Shown here piece after piece: positions 30,512-40,373 of a stretch of DNA of 64,000 nt. The notes under the pieces are model-generated. The model saw nothing but the letters and a program-made list of their open reading frames with translations. It was not told the origin of the DNA and ran no database searches. How positions within the stretch are numbered: position 1 is the first letter of the stretch; every line of letters starts with the position of its first letter. The stretch lies in IMG/VR virus record IMGVR_UViG_3300020084_000003, positions 62,001 through 126,000 of that record; one strand, given 5' to 3'. A program made the position numbers and the translations under genes.

Positions 30512-32155
30512 ATGGCAGAAAAGAAAGACAGTGGCGGTTACTTAGGCAACCCGCTATTAAAAAAACATGGAGAGAAAATTGAGTGGACTTATGAAATGCT
30601 TATGGAGTTTCAAAAGTGCGCCAAAGACCCAATTTACTTTGCAGAGAAATATATCTACATCGTAAACATGAATGAAGGTTTGATACCTATTAAACTCTAC
30701 GATTATCAAAAAGAAATTATAACATCAATTACAAATAATAGAAGGGTTGTAGTCAACACTGCTAGACAGTCTGGTAAAACTACATCTGCATCCGCAATTA
30801 TTCTACACTACATTCTATTTAATGAACATAAAACTGTTGCTCTACTTGCTAACAAAGCTGACGCAGCACGTGAAATTATGGACAGAATTCAAATATCATA
30901 TCAAAACCTTCCTAAATTCTTGCAACAAGGTGTTATGGAATGGAATAAAGGTTCTATTGAATTAGAAAATGGATGTAAAGTTCTGGCTGCTGCCTCTAGC
31001 TCATCTGCTATTCGTGGTAAAGCTGTTGCGTTTTTGTATATTGACGAAACAGCATTCTTGGAAAATTGGGACGAATTCTACGCCTCAGTTTATCCTACAA
31101 TTTCATCTGGTAAAGAAAGTAAAGTTCTTTTAACATCAACCCCCAAAGGTATGAATCATTTTTATAAGATATGCACCGAAGCCATGGAAATTTCGCCAGA
31201 AGCGGAAAAGGCAGGCTCTAATGTTGGAAAAAATGGTTTCATTTATATTGAAGTTAAATGGGATCGTGTGCCGGGTAGAGATGAAAAATGGAAACAAGAT
31301 GCTCTTGCCAGCTTAGGTTGGAACTACGATCAGTTCAATCAGGAATTTGATTGCTCATTCATTGGTAGCTCTGACACTTTGATTTCATCTCAAGGTTTGT
31401 CCAATTTGGTTGCAAAAAGACCTCTTCAACATTCAAATAATATATTCCAGTATGAGCAAGTCAAAGCTGACAGACAATATGCTCTTATTTCAGACGTTGG
31501 GCGTGGAAAAGGTTTGGACTATTCTGCATTTTCAATTATTGACGTTACAGAGATGCCTTACAAACAGGTATGTGTTTATAGAAACAATGAAATAGGTCCA
31601 ATTGACTATGCTGCGGTTATTCATAATTTCGCAAAGAAATATAATGAAGCGATGGTTTTGATAGAAGTTAACGATATTGGTGGACAGGTAGCAGACAGTT
31701 TGTGGATGGACTTTGGTTACGAGAATGTTCTTTCTACAGAAACTAATGGGCGTTCAGGTAAAAGAATATCAGGTGGTTTTGGTAGAAACGTAGACAGAGG
31801 TATTAGAACATCTGAAAAGGTAAAGATTATTGGATGCTCCATCTTGAAGCTTCTTATAGAACAAAATCAGTTAATTATTTGTGACGAAAACACTATTGAC
31901 GAATTGAGAAGATTTTCAAAGAAAAATAATAGCTATGCTGCTGAAAAAGGTTCTCACGATGACCTTGTTATGACTCTAGTTTTATTTGCATGGTTGTCCG
32001 ATCAGGGCTATTTTGCTGAAATGACTGATATAAATACATTAAATAAATTAAGAGAAAAGACAGACGACGAATTAGATGATATGGTTATGCCATTTTTCTA
32101 CATTAATGATGGCAATGCCGATGATAATTCATACTGGAAACCCGTCAACCTATAA
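30512..32155 (+). CDS. gp17: Terminase large subunit gp17
   Basis: YQ motif, ARQSGKTT Walker A, YIDE Walker B, TSTP, nuclease DVGRGKGLDYSAF..HDDLVM. Confidence 0.97.
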   Translation: MAEKKDSGGYLGNPLLKKHGEKIEWTYEMLMEFQKCAKDPIYFAEKYIYIVNMNEGLIPIKLYDYQKEIITSITNNRRVVVNTARQSGKTTSASAIILHYILFNEHKTVALLANKADAAREIMDRIQISYQNLPKFLQQGVMEWNKGSIELENGCKVLAAASSSSAIRGKAVAFLYIDETAFLENWDEFYASVYPTISSGKESKVLLTSTPKGMNHFYKICTEAMEISPEAEKAGSNVGKNGFIYIEVKWDRVPGRDEKWKQDALASLGWNYDQFNQEFDCSFIGSSDTLISSQGLSNLVAKRPLQHSNNIFQYEQVKADRQYALISDVGRGKGLDYSAFSIIDVTEMPYKQVCVYRNNEIGPIDYAAVIHNFAKKYNEAMVLIEVNDIGGQVADSLWMDFGYENVLSTETNGRSGKRISGGFGRNVDRGIRTSEKVKIIGCSILKLLIEQNQLIICDENTIDELRRFSKKNNSYAAEKGSHDDLVMTLVLFAWLSDQGYFAEMTDINTLNKLREKTDDELDDMVMPFFYINDGNADDNSYWKPVNL

Positions 32156-32187
32156 ATAGTAATACAACCAACCCCAAAATATAAATA
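32151..32187 (+). promoter_or_regulatory. Two late promoters upstream of gp18
   Basis: TATAAATA at 32151 and 32180. Confidence 0.75.
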
Positions 32188-32232
32188 TATAAGACTTATT
32201 ATTTTATTTTGATATTAAAAAAGGAGAGAAAT

Positions 32233-34059
32233 ATGGCTTTTTCAGTTAGCCCTTCTGTAATCGTGAGGGAGGTTGACGCCACAGGTTCAATACCTGCTGT
32301 TGCTAATGCGCCAGCGGCTATTGCGGGTGTTTTCAATTGGGGTCCAGTAATGGAGCCGGTTCTGATAACATCTGAGAGTAATTTAATTTCACGCTTTGGC
32401 AGACCAAATGACAACAATGGTGAAACATTCTTCGTTGCCGCAGATTATCTAGCATACTCAAATGCTCTTTACGTTACTCGCGTTGCAGAAAATGCTGCAA
32501 AAGCTTCTGCCAATGGTTTCGCGTTTCGTGCGAAATATGTTGGTAGCCTTGGTAACTCATTGGGCGTGTCATTTGTTTCAAGTGCAACAAAATTCGCAGA
32601 AACTTTGATGAACGTTGGTGAAGCCGCTGGTAACATCACTTTCGCATCTAGAACAATCATTTTCAGATCAACCGATGTTTCCATTGGGTCTAAAGTTATT
32701 GTAGGTGATACTCTAAAAGTAGGAAATACCGCTATTGGTTTCCAACAATTCAGAGTTACTACTTTTAATGCAAGTTCACCAGATGGTGTCACAGGCGAAG
32801 TTACTTATACTATTGGTATCAACACCCCTTATTCACTACCTATCACAAACGTTGCGGAGCTTTCTTTCGGAAGAGAGTGGAGATTTGCGCCGTTCGTATC
32901 ATCCGCGCCAAGAGAAGGCAATATTCATGTTGTAGTTTATGACGTTGACGGTAGAATAACCGGCACCGCAGGTTCTATTGTTGAAATATTTGACAACGTT
33001 TCATTGTCTGCAAATGCCAGAACATTTGATGGTGCTTCAAACCATTATGCAACTGTTATTGCAAACCGTTCAGACTACGTTGAAGTTGACACAAGCGTTA
33101 CAATTGGAAACAACACCATAAGCTACAGAACTCTAGAAAACGGTAGCAATGGTGCAAACGAAAACCAAATTTCATTTGGTGCAGTCGCTCTAGGCTACGA
33201 TACCTTCAAGAATGCAGAAGAAATTGATATTTCTTTCATTCTACAAGGTAAAGCTATTGGCGGAACCAACGGAAGCGGTATCGCAAACTACATCCTAAGC
33301 AACATTGTTGAATATAGAAAAGATTGTATGTTGTTCATATCTCCTTCATATGACGCTGTTGTTACACCAGCAAGCGTAGAAGTTAAGTTGAACAATATCA
33401 TTTCTTTCAGAAATACAGTTCAGAATTCATCTTACTGGTTCATGGACAGCGGCTACAAATATCGTTACGACAAATACAATGACAAATATCGTTGGGTTCC
33501 TCTAAACGGCGACATTGCTGGTCTTTCTGCAAGAATTGATCCTTGGGAATCTCCTGCTGGATACAAGCGTGGCACAATCAAGAATGTTATAAAATTGGCT
33601 TACAACCCAAATAAAACACATCGTGATTTGCTATTCGGTTCTGACGTTAACCCTGTAATGAGCCAAGTCGGACAAGGCGTCATGCTATTTGGCGACAAAA
33701 CTGGTCTAGGCACTGAGTCTGCATTCAACAGAATTAACGTTCGTAGATTGTTCATTACTGTCGAAAAAGCAATTGCAACTATGGCTGCATCATTCTTGTT
33801 CGATTTTAACGACACATTCACTCAGAACCAATTCAGAAACACAGTCAATCCTTTCCTTGCAAATATTCAAGGTAAAAGAGGTATTACTGATTTCAGAGTT
33901 GTATCCGACGCAAGCATCAACACACCAGACATTGTTGACGCAAATACTTTCAAAGGCCACATCTTCATTAAGCCTGCCAGAACTATCTCTGTAATTGAAC
34001 TAACATTCGTTGCAACTAGAACTGGTATCGACTTCAACGAGATTATCGGTCAAGTATAA
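32233..34059 (+). CDS. gp18: Tail sheath protein gp18 (start at ATG 32233 after AAGGAG)
   Basis: SPSVIVREVD, FNWGP, YDKYNDKYRWVPLNGDIAGL, RINVRRLF motifs. Confidence 0.97.
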   Translation: MAFSVSPSVIVREVDATGSIPAVANAPAAIAGVFNWGPVMEPVLITSESNLISRFGRPNDNNGETFFVAADYLAYSNALYVTRVAENAAKASANGFAFRAKYVGSLGNSLGVSFVSSATKFAETLMNVGEAAGNITFASRTIIFRSTDVSIGSKVIVGDTLKVGNTAIGFQQFRVTTFNASSPDGVTGEVTYTIGINTPYSLPITNVAELSFGREWRFAPFVSSAPREGNIHVVVYDVDGRITGTAGSIVEIFDNVSLSANARTFDGASNHYATVIANRSDYVEVDTSVTIGNNTISYRTLENGSNGANENQISFGAVALGYDTFKNAEEIDISFILQGKAIGGTNGSGIANYILSNIVEYRKDCMLFISPSYDAVVTPASVEVKLNNIISFRNTVQNSSYWFMDSGYKYRYDKYNDKYRWVPLNGDIAGLSARIDPWESPAGYKRGTIKNVIKLAYNPNKTHRDLLFGSDVNPVMSQVGQGVMLFGDKTGLGTESAFNRINVRRLFITVEKAIATMAASFLFDFNDTFTQNQFRNTVNPFLANIQGKRGITDFRVVSDASINTPDIVDANTFKGHIFIKPARTISVIELTFVATRTGIDFNEIIGQV

Positions 34060-34066
34060 TAAACTC

Positions 34067-34093
34067 AGAGGGGGTTTCGGCCCCCTCTATTTC
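34067..34093 (+). terminator. Hairpin terminator after gp18
   Basis: AGAGGGGGT-TTCG-GCCCCCTCT followed by ATTT. Confidence 0.7.
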
Positions 34094-34126
34094 GCATATT
34101 AAATTGGTCTATGGAGCAATTATTGT

Positions 34127-34134
34127 TATAAATA
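34127..34134 (+). promoter_or_regulatory. Late promoter for gp19
   Basis: Exact intergenic TATAAATA. Confidence 0.8.
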
Positions 34135-34182
34135 AACTCGTATATACAACAATAATTTCTTTACGTAAGGAGAGACATAAAA

Positions 34183-34719
34183 ATGAGTTTCGCAATTAAT
34201 GAATTTAAGGCACAGCTAGTGGGCGATGGGGCTAGAGGTTCACTTTTCAAAGTGTTCATCACCAACCCTATTCTTCCTGCCGCTGATTTCAAAATTCCTT
34301 TCATGGTAAAGGCCGCTTCATTGCCAGCATCCACTATTGGTAAAATTGAAGTTCCTTGGATGGGAAGAAAAATTCCATTTGGTGGTGATAGAACATTCGA
34401 AGATTGGACTGTAACAGTCATAAACGACGAAGACTTTGCTGTAAGAAATGCTATGGAAGCATGGTCAAACGCTATCAACTCGCACCAATCAAATACTAGA
34501 ACTCTTGCTCAGACCTACAAATCTAGCGCACAAGTCGTTCAGTATGCGAAAAGTGGAACTGAATTGAGAACATACACCTTCAACGGTATTTTCCCAATTA
34601 ACATCGCTGCAATTGAAACAGCATGGGCGCAGACAGATGAAATCGAAGAATTCCAAGTCACCTTCGCTTATGATGAGTGGGAAATTTCTTCCGGTATCAC
34701 TGGTAGCTCTACTACCTAA
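34183..34719 (+). CDS. gp19: Tail tube protein gp19
   Basis: KAASLPAS, GRKIPFGGDRTFEDWTVTVINDEDF, IEEFQVTF. Confidence 0.95.
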   Translation: MSFAINEFKAQLVGDGARGSLFKVFITNPILPAADFKIPFMVKAASLPASTIGKIEVPWMGRKIPFGGDRTFEDWTVTVINDEDFAVRNAMEAWSNAINSHQSNTRTLAQTYKSSAQVVQYAKSGTELRTYTFNGIFPINIAAIETAWAQTDEIEEFQVTFAYDEWEISSGITGSSTT

Positions 34720-34739
34720 TAGTGTTAAAAATCAACAAG

Positions 34740-34780
34740 AAAAATCTCTCGTAGTATAAATAAATACGAGAGATTTTTTT
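34740..34780 (+). terminator. Terminator hairpin with a late promoter (TATAAATA, 34755-34762) in its loop
   Basis: AAAAATCTCTCGTA / TACGAGAGATTTTT perfect 14-bp inverted repeat plus T-run. Confidence 0.7.
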
Positions 34781-34799
34781 ATTATTTGAGGTAAATATA

Positions 34800-36590
34800 A
34801 TGGTAAAGTTGTTTGGGTTTGAAATTAAACGCCAAGAAGATGAAGAAGATATTGAGAACGTAAAATCTTTTGCAACTCCTGTAAATGAAGATGGTGCAAT
34901 TAATATTGGAGCCGCATTGGGTGGTTCATATGGTCACATCTTCAATATGGATTCTACGTTTAAATCAGAATCAGACTTAATAACACAATATAGAACAATG
35001 TCACTCCAACCAGAGGTTTCCTTTGCAGTTGAAAACATTGTTAATGAAGCTATTTCCATCGACACAGAAGAAAATATTGTTAAAATAATTCTAGACGATG
35101 TTGAAGTAGGCGAGAAAACAAAAGCTAGAATTTATGAAGAATTTGAAGTAATTCTTAAACTTCTAAATTTCAGCAATAACGCATACGACATATTCCAGAA
35201 GTGGTTTGTAGACGGAAGAATAAACTATAACGTTGTAATTGATGAATCAAATCTAAAGCGCGGCATAGTTGAACTTGTTTACGTTGACCCAAGAAAACTA
35301 AGACTTGTTAAAGAAATCATGGAGATACCAGATAGAGAAGCTGGTATTGCCGTGACCACAAAAAAGATTAAAAACGAATATTTCTTGTATAACGAAAACG
35401 GTTTTGGAAATACAAACAACCCATCTATGACAGGTGCAGCGGGCGGATTATCTACCAACTATTCAACTGGCATGACAAATGATTCTATTAGAATTGCTAA
35501 AGACAGCGTTGTTAGAGTTCCATCTGGTTTGGTTTCAGAAGATAATGCTATGGTATTATCACATTTGCACAAAGCGATCAAGCCTCTAAACTTGCTAAGA
35601 TCACTTGAAGACGCAAACGTTATTTACACTATTACACGTGCGCCAGAAAGAAGAATTTTCTATATCGACGTTGGTAACTTGCCAACCAATAAAGCTGAAC
35701 AATATCTACACAATATGATGGTTAGACATAAGAATAAAGTAACTTATGACAACACCACAGGTCAAATTGCTGACGATAGACGCTTTATGACAATGACACA
35801 AGATTACTGGTTCCCTAGAAGAGAAGGCTCAAGATCAACTGAGATTGAAACCCTTCCGGGTAGTGGATCACTAAGCGATAATGACCAATTGGAATACTTC
35901 AAGAAAAATCTATATCAGGCGTTGTCAATACCTGCATCTAGATTTGATAGTGAAAACAACTACTCTTTGGGTAGAGTTACTGAAATGTCCAGAGAAGAAG
36001 TAAACTTTGGTAAATTCGTTAGAAGACTTAGAGCAAAATTCTCTGTTCTATTTGATAAGCTATTGGAAAGACAGCTTATTTTGAAAGGTGTTATTACACC
36101 GGATGAGTGGCCCACCATTCAAGAAAAAATGCGCTACGACTATATGAAGGATAACTACTTCGAAGAATTGAAGTCTATGGAAATCCTAAGAGAAAAAATT
36201 GCTATGTTCCAATCAATGGAAGAGCTAATAGGCAAACATGTTTCTACTCGTTGGGCTTATAGAAATGTTCTATTCATGTCAGATGATGAGATGGAAGAAA
36301 TGAGAGCAGAAATTGATGAAGAAAAAGAATTGGGTTATTATGAAGATAATAGTGGCGATACCAATATCATCATAGATCAAGATTCTGAAAAATATGTAGA
36401 CGGATTAGCTGGAACTGAGGAAGACGAAGAGGAAGAAGAAAATCCCGAAGAGGAAACCGAAGAAGAAGAATTGGTTGACGACGAGGAAGAAGAGGAAAAG
36501 CTAAATAGTAATGAGAAGAATAGAAAAAGATCAAAAGGTCTAAAGTCTAAATCGAAACCAAAGAAAGAAGAGGATAGCAAAGATGAGTAA
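34800..36590 (+). CDS. gp20: Portal protein gp20
   Basis: LFGFEI, WFVDGR, LHKAIKPLNLLRSLEDA..RAPERRIFYIDVGNLP, DYWFPRREG. Confidence 0.97.
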   Translation: MVKLFGFEIKRQEDEEDIENVKSFATPVNEDGAINIGAALGGSYGHIFNMDSTFKSESDLITQYRTMSLQPEVSFAVENIVNEAISIDTEENIVKIILDDVEVGEKTKARIYEEFEVILKLLNFSNNAYDIFQKWFVDGRINYNVVIDESNLKRGIVELVYVDPRKLRLVKEIMEIPDREAGIAVTTKKIKNEYFLYNENGFGNTNNPSMTGAAGGLSTNYSTGMTNDSIRIAKDSVVRVPSGLVSEDNAMVLSHLHKAIKPLNLLRSLEDANVIYTITRAPERRIFYIDVGNLPTNKAEQYLHNMMVRHKNKVTYDNTTGQIADDRRFMTMTQDYWFPRREGSRSTEIETLPGSGSLSDNDQLEYFKKNLYQALSIPASRFDSENNYSLGRVTEMSREEVNFGKFVRRLRAKFSVLFDKLLERQLILKGVITPDEWPTIQEKMRYDYMKDNYFEELKSMEILREKIAMFQSMEELIGKHVSTRWAYRNVLFMSDDEMEEMRAEIDEEKELGYYEDNSGDTNIIIDQDSEKYVDGLAGTEEDEEEEENPEEETEEEELVDDEEEEEKLNSNEKNRKRSKGLKSKSKPKKEEDSKDE

Positions 36591-37002
36591 ATCATTTCGC
36601 CAATTTGTCTCAGAGGTAGCACGTCCTGTAGCTGGCGATGAGATTGATTTCATGAACAAGCACGTCACAATATTGATAGATTACCCTATTGATGTTGAGG
36701 ATCAATTCACTGGCGGCGATATTAAAAAATTCACCAGACTTGCCGATTATAAGAACGGCAAGGATGTTCAAGTTTACGAAGCCAATTTGAACATTCAAGG
36801 TGAAGATGAAATTAATGACGCCGAAGAAGCACGTCACGATGCCCAAGAAGTTTTGAAAAAAATTATTGATGAAGCATGTGGTGACGACGAAGACCTTAAA
36901 GAAGAATATACTGAAATTCTATCACAACTTAGTGAAGAAAACATAAATTATGCTCTTGATAACGATATTGATCTAATTGATTTCGCTAAACGTTTCGTGT
37001 AA
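36583..37002 (+). CDS. Acidic hypothetical protein at the prohead-core (gp67/gp68) position
   Basis: Lies between portal and protease; MSKSFRQFVSE N-terminus; very acidic. Confidence 0.55.
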   Translation: MSKSFRQFVSEVARPVAGDEIDFMNKHVTILIDYPIDVEDQFTGGDIKKFTRLADYKNGKDVQVYEANLNIQGEDEINDAEEARHDAQEVLKKIIDEACGDDEDLKEEYTEILSQLSEENINYALDNDIDLIDFAKRFV

Positions 37003-37014
37003 TATTCGGAAAAT

Positions 37015-37022
37015 TATAAATA
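37015..37022 (+). promoter_or_regulatory. Late promoter for gp21
   Basis: Exact intergenic TATAAATA. Confidence 0.8.
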
Positions 37023-37053
37023 AAAGTAAATACTACATCAAGGGAAATATCAA

Positions 37054-37728
37054 ATGAAGTTAATAAGAGAAGTATACGAAGATAACTGCGTTGCTCTTAC
37101 TGAAAGTGTCGGTGATAAGAAAAACTATTTCATCGAAGGTATTTTCATGCAAGGCAACATTAAAAACAGAAATGGTAGAGTATACCCATCTGACCTTCTA
37201 GAAAAAGAAATGGTTAGATATAATGACTCATTTGTTTCTGCAAAAAGAGCTTTGGGCGAACTAGGTCATCCAGACGGCCCTAAACTAAATGAAGACAGAA
37301 TTTCCCATTTGATCGTTGAAATGGAAAGAAACGGCAATGATTTCTACGGAAAAGCTAAAATTCTTTCAACCCCAATGGGCAACATTGTTAAAACATTCAT
37401 GGAAGAAGGCGTTAAGATCGGCGTTTCCACCAGAGGTTTAGGTCAAGTCCAAAAGAACTACAACGGTATCATGGAAGTAAAAGATTTCCATTTGGTCACA
37501 GTTGATATTGTTACTGATCCTAGCGGTCCAGATTGTTTTGTTAATGGTATAATGGAAAACACCCAATACTATTATGATATAGCTTCTGGTAATTGGGTTG
37601 CTCAAGAAATGATTGAAAATACTATTGCAGAGCTTAAAGCTGAATATACCCCAACTGCAAAAAAATTCAACGAAGAAAGTGTTATTAAGGCATTTTCTAA
37701 CTTTATGAAAGCGATTTCATCTAAATAA
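37054..37728 (+). CDS. gp21: Prohead core protease gp21
   Basis: IEGIFMQ..KNRNGRVYP, ALGELGHP, GVSTRGLG, DIVTDPS. Confidence 0.96.
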   Translation: MKLIREVYEDNCVALTESVGDKKNYFIEGIFMQGNIKNRNGRVYPSDLLEKEMVRYNDSFVSAKRALGELGHPDGPKLNEDRISHLIVEMERNGNDFYGKAKILSTPMGNIVKTFMEEGVKIGVSTRGLGQVQKNYNGIMEVKDFHLVTVDIVTDPSGPDCFVNGIMENTQYYYDIASGNWVAQEMIENTIAELKAEYTPTAKKFNEESVIKAFSNFMKAISSK

Positions 37729-37732
37729 TATT

Positions 37733-37763
37733 ATGCACCAGATGCAACTATCTGGTGCATTTT
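37733..37763 (+). terminator. Hairpin after gp21 (probable terminator)
   Basis: ATGCACCAGAT-GCAACT-ATCTGGTGCAT then TTT. Confidence 0.6.
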
Positions 37764-37775
37764 AATGCAAAATGT

Positions 37776-37936
37776 TATAAATAATTTCATAGATTTGCGT
37801 TATTATAAATAATAGAAATATCTGAAATTATAAATAAAGTTAACTGTGGCAAACATCCGTCCTCATGATAGTATGTGAAGTCCATGTTTTGGTGACACTT
37901 TACGGTGAAAACTGGAAAAGTATAAATATATAAATA
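37776..37936 (+). promoter_or_regulatory. Cluster of five late-promoter boxes upstream of gp22
   Basis: TATAAATA at 37776, 37804, 37829, 37921 and 37929. Confidence 0.75.
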
Positions 37937-37978
37937 AAAACAATTTGGAAGAATTGAACTTATTCTAAGGAGAACAAT

Positions 37979-38944
37979 ATGACAGTCGAAAACCTAGCAG
38001 AAGAAGGCAAGATCATGAGCGCCGATGGCGTTTCACACGTGCCGACCCCTGTAGACGGTGAAGGTGGCAAAGTCAAAGATCGCAAAGCTGACTTGAAAAA
38101 GAAAGTTGATCCTAACGCCGAAACCCTACCAGAGCCTCCACTATCCGAAGGCGAAGAAACCGAAGAAGGTAAAGATACCGTAGTTGAAGGCGAGACTGAT
38201 GTTCTTCGCGTATTCGAAGGTGTTGAACTATCTGAGGAAGCTAAACACAAGTTGAAAGTAGTTTTTGAAGCTGCTGTTGCTGCGGAAGCAGAAGCTATTG
38301 TTGAAGCAAAACTAGAAGCTGAAAAAGCTGCTATTGTTGAAGCTCACGATGCCGAAGTTGCTGCTCTAAAAGAAGCACACGAAGCTCAAATTGCTGAACT
38401 TGAAGAAAATCTAAATACATTTATGGAAGATGCTTCCGCTAAATGGCTAGAAGAAAACAGAATTGCAATTCAAGACGCTAGAACTGTAGAAATCGCAGAA
38501 GCTTTTGTTAACAGCATGAAAGACTTGTTCGTAGAGCATGAAATCATGGTTGACGTTGACAATGCAGAAGCTATCGCAGCATTGGAAGAAGAACTTGCAA
38601 CCGCAAATGCTAACACAAATGAAGCTATTCTAGAAGGCATTGCTGCTAGAAAAGAATTGGCAGAATTGAAATCTGAGTTGATTTTCACCGAAGTTTCTGA
38701 GGGACTAACAACCAGCCAGTCTGAAAAACTACGTTCTCTTTCAAAGAAACTAGTTAAAGAAGACGCAGACACCTTCAAACAAGATTTGATTTCTATTAAA
38801 GAATCATTCTTCCAGAGTCAGATTGTTGTTGAGGAAAAAGAAGAAGCGCCTATCGTTAAAGAAGAGCCAACCGCAACTGCTTTGAGTGAAGATGTTCACA
38901 TTAATGCAATTGCTCAAGCAATCAACGCGCGTAATTTCGCATAA
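37979..38944 (+). CDS. gp22: Prohead core scaffold protein gp22
   Basis: ELSEEAK..VFEAAV, WLEENRIAI, LFVEH motifs; Glu/Ala-rich coiled coil; directly before gp23. Confidence 0.9.
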   Translation: MTVENLAEEGKIMSADGVSHVPTPVDGEGGKVKDRKADLKKKVDPNAETLPEPPLSEGEETEEGKDTVVEGETDVLRVFEGVELSEEAKHKLKVVFEAAVAAEAEAIVEAKLEAEKAAIVEAHDAEVAALKEAHEAQIAELEENLNTFMEDASAKWLEENRIAIQDARTVEIAEAFVNSMKDLFVEHEIMVDVDNAEAIAALEEELATANANTNEAILEGIAARKELAELKSELIFTEVSEGLTTSQSEKLRSLSKKLVKEDADTFKQDLISIKESFFQSQIVVEEKEEAPIVKEEPTATALSEDVHINAIAQAINARNFA

Positions 38945-38945
38945 T

Positions 38946-38953
38946 TATAAATA
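38946..38953 (+). promoter_or_regulatory. Late promoter for gp23
   Basis: Exact intergenic TATAAATA. Confidence 0.8.
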
Positions 38954-38989
38954 ATATTATTAAGTTTTAAACTAAGGAGAGATAAAACG

Positions 38990-40318
38990 ATGACTCTGGA
39001 AAACCGTGAGATATCCAAAAGATGGGCACCGATTCTTGAAAATACAAATTTCGCGCCTATCGAATCAAATGTCAAGAGAGACACAACTGCTGTCGTTCTT
39101 GAAAACACTCTAAAAGCTTTGCAGGAAGATGGTTCTTCTGCAAGTCTTACTAGCTTGCTAGAAACACACACCAACGCCGCAGGCACCGGTGGTTACTCTA
39201 GTGCAGCTAATGCTGGTGGTCCTGTTGCTGGTTACGACCCTGTGTTGATTTCACTTGTTCGTCGTGCAATGCCTAACCTAATTGCTTACGATATTGCTGG
39301 CGTTCAGCCAATGACCGGTCCTACTGGCCTAGTCTTCGCAATGCGTTCACGTTATGTTAGCCAAACTGGCCCAGAAGCATTCTACGGTGAAGCTAACACC
39401 GCATTTTCTGGTGATAGAACAGCTACCGGTGGCACTCCAAACTTCCCACATTCTGGTTCTATTCCGGGTGCTGGTGTATCAAATGGTGTAGCCATGACAA
39501 CTGCTGCTGCCGAAGCTCTAGGTTCCATTCCCGGCACCAATGACTTCGCTGAGATGGCTTTCAGCATCGAAAAAGTTGCTGTTCAAGCTAGATCACGTGC
39601 TTTGAAAGCAGAATACACCACTGAACTAGCACAAGACTTGAAAGCTGTTCATGGTCTAAACGCAGAAGCCGAATTGGCAAACATCCTGTCCTCAGAAATC
39701 ATTGTTGAAATCAACCGTGAGTTGATCCGTAGCATTTGGACTTCTGCTGTCGCCGGTGCTGCTGAGACTGCTGTTGCAGGCACATTCGACCTTGACGTTG
39801 ACGCAAATGGCCGTTGGTCAGTTGAGAAATTCAAGGGCTTGATGTTCCAAATCGACCGTGAAGCTAACGCTATCGCTAAAGCTACACGTAGAGGTAAAGG
39901 TAACATCGTTATTTGTTCCTCAGACGTTGCTTCTGCGCTACAAATGGCTGGTGTTCTAGACTACACCCCTGCTTTGAATTCAAATGCTCTAAACGTAGAC
40001 GATACTGGTAATACCTTCGCTGGTGTTCTAAACGGTCGTTACCGCGTTTATATCGACCCATATGCTGCTGGTCAGTATCTAGTTGTCGGTTATAAAGGTG
40101 CATCTTCATTCGACGCTGGTTTGTTCTACTGCCCATACGTCCCAATGCAAATGGTCCGTGCAATCGGTGAGCATTCATTCCAGCCGAAAATTGGCTTCAA
40201 AACCCGCTACGGCATGGTTGCGAACCCATTCTCCGGTGGTGCTAACCCTTCTGATGGTTCTATCGTTGCTAACTCCAACGTTTACTACCGTAAGATTTAC
40301 ATCGAAAACTTGATGTAA
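38990..40318 (+). CDS. gp23: Major capsid protein gp23
   Basis: DPVLISLVRRAMPNLIAYDIAGVQPMTGPTGLVFAMR, RWSVEKFKGL, FQPKIGFKTRYG. Confidence 0.98.
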   Translation: MTLENREISKRWAPILENTNFAPIESNVKRDTTAVVLENTLKALQEDGSSASLTSLLETHTNAAGTGGYSSAANAGGPVAGYDPVLISLVRRAMPNLIAYDIAGVQPMTGPTGLVFAMRSRYVSQTGPEAFYGEANTAFSGDRTATGGTPNFPHSGSIPGAGVSNGVAMTTAAAEALGSIPGTNDFAEMAFSIEKVAVQARSRALKAEYTTELAQDLKAVHGLNAEAELANILSSEIIVEINRELIRSIWTSAVAGAAETAVAGTFDLDVDANGRWSVEKFKGLMFQIDREANAIAKATRRGKGNIVICSSDVASALQMAGVLDYTPALNSNALNVDDTGNTFAGVLNGRYRVYIDPYAAGQYLVVGYKGASSFDAGLFYCPYVPMQMVRAIGEHSFQPKIGFKTRYGMVANPFSGGANPSDGSIVANSNVYYRKIYIENLM

Positions 40319-40337
40319 GTTTTACTTAATCTAAAAG

Positions 40338-40364
40338 AAAAGAGGGCTTCGGCCCTCTTTTTTT
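40338..40364. terminator. Bidirectional intrinsic terminator between gp23 and the convergent nadE
   Basis: AAAAGAGGGC-TTCG-GCCCTCTTTTTTT. Confidence 0.9.
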
Positions 40365-40373
40365 ATTCGCGTA

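Noticed and set aside
30028-32155. Split or intron/intein-interrupted terminase
   Set aside because: gp17 at 30512-32155 is complete with all ATPase and nuclease motifs; the upstream ORF duplicates rather than completes it
37837-37920. Possible tRNA, riboswitch or self-cleaving ribozyme
   Set aside because: No cloverleaf/TTC loop and no hammerhead, twister or known riboswitch core recognisable by eye; kept only as an unexplained insert
371-40178. Numerous 60-184-aa minus-strand ORFs within the structural module
   Set aside because: Antisense shadows of long virion genes caused by codon bias
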